Below, one piece after another: positions 54,245-64,000 of a DNA stretch of 64,000 bases. The stretch comes from Octopus vulgaris (taxonomy: Eukaryota): the NCBI GenBank assembly GCA_951406725.2, contig OX597824.1, positions 63,860,001-63,924,000 of the forward strand, read 5' to 3'. The notes under the pieces are model-generated. The model was given only the letters and a program-made list of their open reading frames with translations. It had not been told where the DNA came from and did not search any database. The translations under genes were made by a program, and so were the position numbers. Each line of letters starts with the position of its first letter. The first letter of the stretch is position 1.

Positions 54245-55663
54245 ATGGAAGCTGACAGAAATCGCAAAGTTATTATGGTCGAACCTTTGACTAATGAACA
54301 GCATATCTTTGCTTATAACGTCTCCAATATAACTGATAGTCCAGAAGCGGGACTAAATCAGTTCGGAACCACTATTGGACCATTAGATGACCAGATTTGG
54401 ACTCCAGACGTAATCCAACGTGTCGCGTCACTAGTTGTGATCATGGTCATTACATTAATAGGAAATACAATAATCATAATAGTACTGACTTGTAGTAAAT
54501 ATAAGAAGAAAAACAGTCGTGTGAATATTTTCATTATAAATTTAGCTATTGGGGACCTGACTGTGTGTTTCGCTACCATGACTACAGAAATTCTCTTCGT
54601 CTGCTTTGGTGAGTGGGTCCTAGGACCTGCTGCGTGCAAGATCTTACCTTACCTACAGATTGTCACTCTAGCTAGTACGACCTTCATACTCACTGCCATG
54701 AGTTATGACCGTTTCATGGCTATCTGCAACCCATTAAATTTTAGAAACACCATTCACCAAGCTCGAATATCGATTGCAGCAGCTTGGATTATGGCGTTCG
54801 GATTCGCTGTACCACAGCTCTTCATTTTTGTACAAACTATCAAAGGGGTACATCCAAATGGTAAGAAAAAATATGGTTGCCAAACTCATGGTTACACTGG
54901 AGAATGGCAAAGAAAAGTTTATTTTACCTTTTTGACAACATACATTCTCATCATACCGGCCATTCTGATCTCATATTTCTATATCAATGTAGTGCTTGCT
55001 GTTTGGCGAGCAAGTCGAGAGATAGTCAACACAGCAGGAGAAGGGACGCTTCGTAGGAGTGTCCCAAATCGCAGTACAATACCACGCGCCAAAATCAAAA
55101 CAATCAAAATGACTTTAAGTATTATAACAACTTTTATTGCTTGCTGGACCCCATATTTTGTTGTCAATCTGATACGAATATACAGCAATTACAAATACGA
55201 TATTCCAGCTACGGTGATTGCTTTCGCTGAAACAATGGCCCTCTTACAGAGTGGGTTGAATCCTTTGGTTTACGGTTTTTTCAATATTAAGCTGAAGAGA
55301 GGACTCATGGAGGTCTTCTGCCCTCATAAGATACCAAGACTGAACAGGAATCAAAGTTTACGCACTGTGCTGCCGACAGAGTGTGTATCTGTCGCTGAGG
55401 ATTTCAAAAGCTCTCGAAGTTCTGTGCGAAGTGGACGAGAATATCATCTTGTTAATCAGACTAACAACGTACCAACTCCAACAGGTGACAGACAACGAAA
55501 CCAGAGTTCCATTATTACAGAAGAAAACACGAACGGGTACAGATTACGGGTAAGGTTTACTCCCAAAGAAACAACTCATCCAGCGGATAGTAAACACGGC
55601 GAAGAAAATACTCTGGAAGAGGATTTACAGCCAAGTACCGAATGTGAAACAACAAAAGTATAA
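54245..55663 (+). CDS. Class A neuropeptide GPCR, vasopressin/CCAP/NPS/achatin receptor group, 472 aa, intronless CDS
   Basis: Seven hydrophobic segments with GN, LAIGD, WVLG..CK, DRF..IC.PL, PQL, RAKIKTIKMT, CWTPYF and NPLVY; N-glycosylation sites NVS/NIT; first ATG 54245, upstream in-frame stop at 54083. Confidence 0.95.
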   Translation: MEADRNRKVIMVEPLTNEQHIFAYNVSNITDSPEAGLNQFGTTIGPLDDQIWTPDVIQRVASLVVIMVITLIGNTIIIIVLTCSKYKKKNSRVNIFIINLAIGDLTVCFATMTTEILFVCFGEWVLGPAACKILPYLQIVTLASTTFILTAMSYDRFMAICNPLNFRNTIHQARISIAAAWIMAFGFAVPQLFIFVQTIKGVHPNGKKKYGCQTHGYTGEWQRKVYFTFLTTYILIIPAILISYFYINVVLAVWRASREIVNTAGEGTLRRSVPNRSTIPRAKIKTIKMTLSIITTFIACWTPYFVVNLIRIYSNYKYDIPATVIAFAETMALLQSGLNPLVYGFFNIKLKRGLMEVFCPHKIPRLNRNQSLRTVLPTECVSVAEDFKSSRSSVRSGREYHLVNQTNNVPTPTGDRQRNQSSIITEENTNGYRLRVRFTPKETTHPADSKHGEENTLEEDLQPSTECETTKV

Positions 55664-56183
55664 ACTATATATTGAAATATTTCAAAAGAAACAAGTGAAG
55701 CGATCTTGAAAGAGATATCTCAAATGTGTTCACATCAAACTCATCAGTCAATATATGTATATATCATTCTATGTTAATGCTTAGAGACCCCACATACATG
55801 CATGTATAAGCATATGTATATAGCATGAAATATGTATGCGTGTGTATGTATATACGAATATATGTGTGTATGTGTATCAGTTAATATATACGTATAGAAT
55901 ATACTTATATACTGACATGTATATGCATAGAGATACGTACATGTATATATGTGCATATGTATGTATATATGTATGTATGTGTGTGTGTATGTATGTATAT
56001 AGTGTTGCAAATACCTGGTACATACTAGTCTGTAATCTGCATACTAAGAAAATGAAATACCACGTTTTTCGTACGTAGGAAAAGCTCAGAGAAATGTACT
56101 TGAGTGTGTCTAGATACAAGTAAACATTAGCTAGGCACAAGTACATGCATAAATGCATATATATATATATATGTGTGTGTATG

Positions 56184-56237
<54 letters not shown>

Positions 56238-56581
56238 ATGTATGTATATATGGTTCCATATGTACTTGATGAAATCAAGAGGTAAACCAGTGAACATTTT
56301 CAAACACAGTGTGAACATCGTAGCGAGCTACCTTTAAAAGCCGGATATATTCTACCAATAGAGCGAAGAAGTAAAGAAGAAAGTGAGAGACACATAGAGA
56401 GAGTGAGAAAGAAAGGACGAGAGATATGAAAGATATTAATGTATTTATATTTTTTCTTTTGATAGAGATTAGGAATGGGAAATATATATGTGTGTGTGTG
56501 GATGCATCTATATATATATGTATGTATATATATATACATGCACACATACACATATATATGTATATATCTATCTATATATTC

Positions 56582-56624
<43 letters not shown>

Positions 56625-57013
56625 CATATGTATATGTATACATATGTATATACATAAATATATGAATATATGTTTGTGTATTTTTTTATCTGTATGAGGA
56701 TATATGGCACTCCCCATGTCATGTCCGACCAGGAAGCAAGCTTCATGTATCCATCAGCTTGTTCCATTTTGATACATAACGTATTGTTTATTCTCATAGC
56801 TCACGCATGCATGCAAGGTTATCAGTCTCCATTAAGCTATTTACAACTGCCGCACAGGGGAAACATAAATAGATACAAACACACGCACAGACATGCATAC
56901 AGGTATATAATGATGTTTGTATATATGCGCATGTATATAGATATACACACACACATATATATATACATATATACATAGATATATGTATATATATGTGTGT
57001 GTATGTATGTATG

Positions 57014-57056
<43 letters not shown>

Positions 57057-58578
57057 AAGGGATGAACATTGACGTTTAGAATGCCAGAATTTCGTCAAAA
57101 ATGTATATATATGCATATATAAAGAGAGAGACGTATGTGAATGTATAAAACACACACAAGCACACACATTAGTTTTTCTGTTCAGGATGGATAAGTTTGA
57201 ATGCAAATTTTTTAGTATCATCCATGAATCATGTATTCAATTCAACCCCATTTTTACAAGTTACTCGTTGAAACGAAGTACTAACATAAGGACAATGTTC
57301 AAAAATGCAAAAGGTGTATAAAAGAAAGTCGTTTGCGTATGAAAAACGAGGATATAAACCTAGCAATAAAAAGATTTTTAAAATATAGAGTCAAACTACT
57401 GAGGGCTTAAGGTTTTCTTTCTTTTCCAAAGAGAGGAACGGAGATGAACGAAATGTGGAACTGCAAAGCAGGTATAGTCTAGATATTACATCCTTCTGTT
57501 AAAATATTCCACTACCATCATCCCATACGGTTTGTATTTCGGTGGCATTCAGTAAAATCTATACTTTCCAGAGACTGAAAATTACAGAACTCTAAATAAG
57601 CAAGAGAAGAAACAATCTTTTGGTCTTCAAAATATCGAAGAAGATTAAATACATGATGTTTTTTCCTATTGGTGTGGCACGTTTTAAACAAGCACAGATA
57701 TTACAAATAACACGTGATACGTCATTACAATACATCCTGTATATAAAATATAATCAATTTATATACCATTAATATAAATTTTAAGGGCTTCGTCAGGAAA
57801 CGCAGCGCCGGTGACTCTTTCATGACCGCTATTACGTATAAGAAGAATAATGAAGTTGACATCAGTGAAGTGATCTGGTGCAAATGCTTGTAACATAGCA
57901 GAATTCACTGAGGTTTACCAAAGAGCAGCCAGGGTGACGGATTAAGTATAGTAATTATGGACAGGAAAAAAAAATTATTTTCTGACAGGCTTCCATGTGG
58001 TTTCCGTCTACCAAATTACCTAAGCAAGTCGTTGTCGATTCCGAAACTCTGGTAGAAGACTCTTGGTAGAAGACTCTTGGTAGAAGGTTCTTGCACAATT
58101 TGTCAAAAACACATGTGATATAAAAAAAGCTTATACGTTATGTAATATTTACTGTGAAATACGGTGAGTTGAGTGGGTGTGGTAATGTATTCCACAGTGA
58201 CGTGGCTAAAATTTTGGTTCTGTTGTTGTTATATTATTCCTTAGTTATAAAATTTCTTCTAAAGATCTTCCCTTAATATAGTTAGTGAGTTAGTATTAAT
58301 ACAAAATTTCAATGTAAAATTTGATCGATGAAGGCTTTTGCCTTAAATCGATTATTAAATGCCCAACTAATGAACTATTCAAGGAAGACTTGAACAATAA
58401 TATCGAATTATATACAAACATACATACACACACACATCTCTGTGTGTGTATGTGTGCGCTCGTGTGTGTGTGCGTGTATGTATATGCATATATGTAGTTA
58501 TTGAATTATAAGTATAAACAGACATATATATGCTTACATTAATATATGACCGCGGCTCTGAGCTGAAACTAGAGGAAA

Positions 58579-58633
<55 letters not shown>

Positions 58634-61087
58634 TGCATTATTTGTGCATGTATGCAAAATGTATGTTGTGAATATGGGTATGTGTGTGTTTGTGTGTGTA
58701 CATGTGTATATATAGAGAGAGAGACAGATACACAGACAGGCAGAGACAGAGCGATAAGGAGAATGAATATGCATTGAAATTCATGCTCGTAAATATATGT
58801 GTATTGAAGAATAGTACCCAATGCAAGAAGTAGAGTTTAATAATATAATTGACACTTTTAGAATTGTTTCTTTAACTTTCACATCTGATGATCGAGCGAT
58901 AGTTAATATTACCATTTGCTGAAAATTAGAAAAGGTGCATCTTGGTATAACAGTTATAATATTTCATCTGTATGAGTGTGACATGTGCTCGTGCGCATGT
59001 GTATGTGTGTGTGAGGGTAATCGTATGTCATCCACGTGCGTATTACTGTTATTGTTGCTGATGTTGATGATTATGACGATGATGACGACGACGATGATGA
59101 CGGTAACCATTATCATCGTTTTATTTCCAAAGTAAAAAAAATACAAAAGAAATTATTTTCATGAAATTTATTAATAATAATATTAATAAAAATCTACAAA
59201 AAGAGAAAAAGAAAAAAAAAACTTGCCTTCTGTGTTCTAAAAAACGACTTTTTTAAAACAAATTGTTTAATCATACTTGAAAATATTGCATAAAATCACA
59301 CACTAACACATGCACACAAATATGTGTGTGTACATATATATATACCCACACACACATACAAGCATATACATACATGTCTAGATACATATATACGAACAAA
59401 CGTGCATCAGTACATACATGCACTCTTGTTATACATTATATTCATACACACTCATACGAAGTCTCCCGTAGTCTGGTCTGTAATATCGTTTTCTGATAAA
59501 TATGGCGACAGTAATTCTCATAAGCTTCATCTACATATCATAGCTAAAAATACAATAGCAAATTATGATAGTAGAAACATAGGATTGGCTATTAACCTTC
59601 CTGTCTTTTGCCACTATATGTATGATATTTCACTGTTCAGTTCTACATTGGCATGAAAAAAATATTTCACTGTAATATTTAGATCGTCAATATATATTTT
59701 TAAAATATTGATTTAAGAACAAGAGATTTGTTTTCAACAATGACGACTAAATTATTTTGACGATTATGTTTTAATCTAATACTGTTGTCATTACCTGTTT
59801 TTCAAGAGACCAGTGAAATGCAGAAACGGTAGCGAGACAGGAACGGAAAAAAAAGAGAAAATTCCGTGCTCTATATACGTCCGTCTAAATTTTCAGTTCA
59901 AATTCCGCCGAGGTCGACCTTGCTTTTCGTAATCTTGGGATTGCTAAATTAAGTCCCAGTGAATTACTATAATGATTTAATCGACTGCTATCTTCCATCC
60001 AAATATGTTGCTGGGCTACAAATCATTATTTTATTCATAACAGAAATGGTGGATTGGCATGGGTTGTACAGCGCTTAAAACAATACCCTAGTAACATTCG
60101 TTTTCCTTCTTTACGTTTTGAGTTAAATTCTGCCATAATCGCATTTTGCTTTCATTTTTGCAAAGGCAATATTATAAATAACAGTTGACTACTGAGGGCC
60201 AAATTAATCGTCTGTAACTCACGCACACATACACGCAGAAATTATGACCCTGTGCAGAAGATTTAAATCGCTATTTTTAGTTTTCTACTAGCTTGGCTAA
60301 AGCTTGCGAACTTTCAACAACAAACTTATGTAAAATAAAGCAATAGAAACGTTAACTCATATACTTACTTATAGATGTAACAGCAATAAAATCAGTTGAA
60401 AACTAAAACAGAAGAAACTGTTAAAAGAAACTAATCAGCCCTCATTGAGAAGGTAACAGTACGGGGCAGTGGAAAATATTTTATGGGACATAAACAAATA
60501 CAACTGCTTTAGGAAAAAGAAAAAGAAGTATAACAGATAAACCGGTGAGAGTTTTTATAGGTTTTAATAATTATGACTCTTCCTAAATATAACAATATTG
60601 GTTTCAGCACACAGTTGTAAGTCGAAATTCCTGCAAACCGTTATTATTTATACTGATTTCTAATTTAGGTACAAAGACTCAAATTTGTGAGATGGTATTG
60701 TGGATTTTATCGAACTCTAGTATTTGAAAGGTGTTTTGTTTTGTAGTTACCAGAAGAATGAAAAGAAAGTTAAATCTCGACGGGATTTGAACTCAGAACA
60801 TAAAATTCTAAATACCACCAGGCATTTTGTCTATCAGTGTAACCTAGTCTATCAGTCCCACAACATCATTATTATTATTAACACCGTTATTGTGGCAATC
60901 ACTGCAGAACATTGATAACTCTTCGGCAAATTGATGCAATTTCGAATCCTTTTTTGAAAACATTTTCGATATTTTTGCGTCTCAAATGACTTTGAGAAAA
61001 GCGTATACTTCGCACTTCTCATTCCTCAACCTTTCAAGAACCGGGGCCCTGTTCCTAAAAAAAAACAAAAATATGTTGTTATGATTA

Positions 61088-61137
<50 letters not shown>

Positions 61138-62257
61138 TTTCCAAATTATAATTCATTGTGGGTATTTTTTGTTTTGTTTATGGGTTTTTCGTGTTATAGT
61201 CTTATATTCTTAGTTTCTTTTTTATTTCTTGACATTTGGACTATTAGAATGAAATACAAATGGATAAGACACTTTATTCAACAGCACTCCCTCACCCCTG
61301 ATATTTAACCCGTTCCGTCGTCTGTGTATTATGTTAGGGTATAGAAAAAATATTAAAAATTATACAAATATAAAGCAACAACAACAAAAACAAAAATAAA
61401 AATAAAACAAAAGTTATATCAATCATTATAACCGCGAAAGCTTTCTGAAGTCGAAGCATTATCCTCCACAAAAGTTCGATTGGAATATTTGAGATTCACT
61501 TGAAAAATATTTCAAAAAAAAATAATAAAAATTACAAAATACATTTACAAAAAATAATATTCATTTTAAAAAATTGATTTAAAAATATATCATATAAAAT
61601 ATGAACGAAAACATTAAAAAAGTCAGACATGAAATATCACTGGAACTAACAGAAAGAAAGAAAAATTCCATTGTTTTACTGTGGGCTAGAAAGAAATGAC
61701 TGTCTTGTAACACAGAAAATATTTTGAAAGTAATGGATTTCATATACACAAAGGGCATCCTAGAATGATCAGTGTATCCGAAAGAAAATTTATGTAATCA
61801 TTTGATCGTTATGGGTGTAAGAATAAAAATGCATATTTAAAAATACTTTCTCATGCTTTATTTCCTTCTTGTGTATGTATGTACGTATATATAAAGATTA
61901 TATATATATATATATATTAAAGTTGTATACATAAGATTAAAGTTGTATATATATATATATCTTTTACTTTTTCAATCATTTGACTGCAGCCATGCTGGGG
62001 CACCACCTTTAAGGGTTTTAATCGAAGAAATCGACCCTAGGACTTGTGGTTTTAGAGGCTAGTACTTATTCTGTCATTCTCTTTTGCCGAACCTCTAAGT
62101 TACGAGGACGTAAACACACCAAAACCAGTTGTCAAGGCACTTTATCCCATTGAGTACTTATACGCTGCAATATTGGACTATTTTCTTCGGCTAATACAAG
62201 GTGATCGCCTTTAAGCTTTAAGCTTATAATTATAACTTATTAACAGAACATGCATGC

Positions 62258-62290
<33 letters not shown>

Positions 62291-62715
62291 TGTATGTATG
62301 TATGCATGCATGTATGTATGTAAATCTGTTGATTCACCGACAGCCGATAAATTGCTAAACTGAATAACTGTACATTATAACAGAAAACGTCATAGTTCCA
62401 GTACTCCGAGTTACATGCGATCATTCAGCAAATAATCAGGCCCTATTGATTCTTGAAATATCTGTTTGGATATATTTTGGAATATTATATAAAAGTTTTT
62501 GAGAAAACACTTGTTTCAAGGTCAAGTTTTTCTTTTAATTTCTGTCTCTTGTGAGAATACTCCAAATGCTTTAAACTACACAAAAGCGAGGTCACTCTAA
62601 TAACTTTTCTTATGAAATTGTGTAATTGTTTAATATTTTCATATGTATATATATATATATATATATATATGCGTGCGTATATACAACATATATATTTATT
62701 CATTTACATATATAT

Positions 62716-62779
<64 letters not shown>

Positions 62780-63104
62780 TTATACATATATATGTATGTG
62801 TGTATGTATTTATATTGATTTATATATATCTATATATATTGATTAAGGCAGAGCTGCCAAAAGTCACCCCATAGTAAATCAAAATTCCATAAATACTATC
62901 TGTAACTCTGTATTGACTCGAATAAATGTTGTCGCTTAAGAGGGACTTCAGTTTCAACAATTTACATGCTGTTCCATATTTAGATGCTTTTATTAAATGC
63001 ATTCAATTGTTTAACATACATCTTGGAATTAAATGGTTTTCATTTACTGCTACGTAAATTTTGGCCAACCCTGTATATTTTTTTATTTACACATATATAT
63101 TTAT

Positions 63105-63263
63105 TTTCTATTTTCTCTCCCCTTTATTTCTGTGTTCCTTTCTATCGAAGAGCGTAGGTTCGAAACGTAAAATACTTTCTCCCTCCCTAAGTGTTAAACT
63201 GATACATCTGTTTGTCGTTTACACACCCGTCTTCGTATTTTGTATGTTTGTAAATTCTCACTG

Positions 63264-63336
<73 letters not shown>

Positions 63337-63343
63337 GTATATA

Positions 63344-63377
<34 letters not shown>

Positions 63378-63532
63378 GTGAGAATTACAGAAAAGCAAAA
63401 GATGAAGACGGGTGTGTAAATACGAAACAGATGTATTAGTTTAACCCTCGGGAAGTGAGAAAGTCTTTAACGTTTCGAGTCTACGCTCTTCGAGAGAAAG
63501 GAACACAGAAATAAACAGGGGGAGAAAATAGA
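63105..63532. mobile_element. Inverted pair of Penelope pLTR-like repeats around a microsatellite
   Basis: ~155-bp arms in opposite orientation with degenerate hammerhead CT.TCGA-AGAGCGTAG..TC-GAAACGT; related to 27960-28160. Confidence 0.65.
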
Positions 63533-63856
63533 TAAAGGTTTAGTGGCAAGCGATCTAACAAGTTGCATATTTTCTTTGTTCCCTCTTTCTTCCCTCTCTA
63601 CCATTTTCCACCCCAGCAACCAATCAACCGTTCTTCCTTTCTTTTTTCTACTCGTTTCCCTCAATTTTCTCTTTTAGACTTCAGTTCTCCAGAGAACACA
63701 ATGGTTCTTCCATTTCTCTGTTAATACATTTGTTTAAGATATACTCTTCAAACTTTTTATCTTACCATCCTTTCTTTTCTCAACGTACTTACGTGTATGG
63801 TTTTCTTTTCTCTCTCTCCCAGACGCTAAGATTTAATTATATATTTTTCTTTTCAT

Positions 63857-63895
<39 letters not shown>

Positions 63896-64000
63896 TGCAC
63901 ACACATTTGTCTGTCTATATGTTATTTCTGTGTTTATGTATTTACAGATGCATGTACATATATATAAATATGTATAATACATAATAATATAATGCATTTC

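Overview
AT-rich, microsatellite-dense eukaryotic DNA. The SINE families and (TA)n/(TATG)n/(GATA)n load suggest an octopus/coleoid cephalopod genome (inference). Almost all listed ORFs are microsatellite artefacts. Two host coding elements are supported. (1) An exon at 45834-46048 (+), missed by the ORF track, encodes the C-terminal two-thirds of sulfiredoxin (Srx). Its catalytic Cys codon in the FGGCHR motif is an in-frame TGA (45924-45926) and the frame stays conserved to the normal stop, making it a candidate selenocysteine-containing sulfiredoxin. No convincing SECIS and no upstream Srx coding exon could be found by eye. (2) An intronless class A neuropeptide GPCR of the vasopressin/CCAP/NPS/achatin receptor group (54245-55663, +). 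The rest is mobile DNA: a complete but frameshifted hAT (Charlie/Buster-like) element with TIRs and 8-bp TSD, mariner and Tc1 relics, an internally deleted Penelope-like element, Helentron/DINE-like elements, MITEs, many tRNA-derived SINEs, and inverted-repeat elements carrying minimal hammerhead ribozyme motifs.
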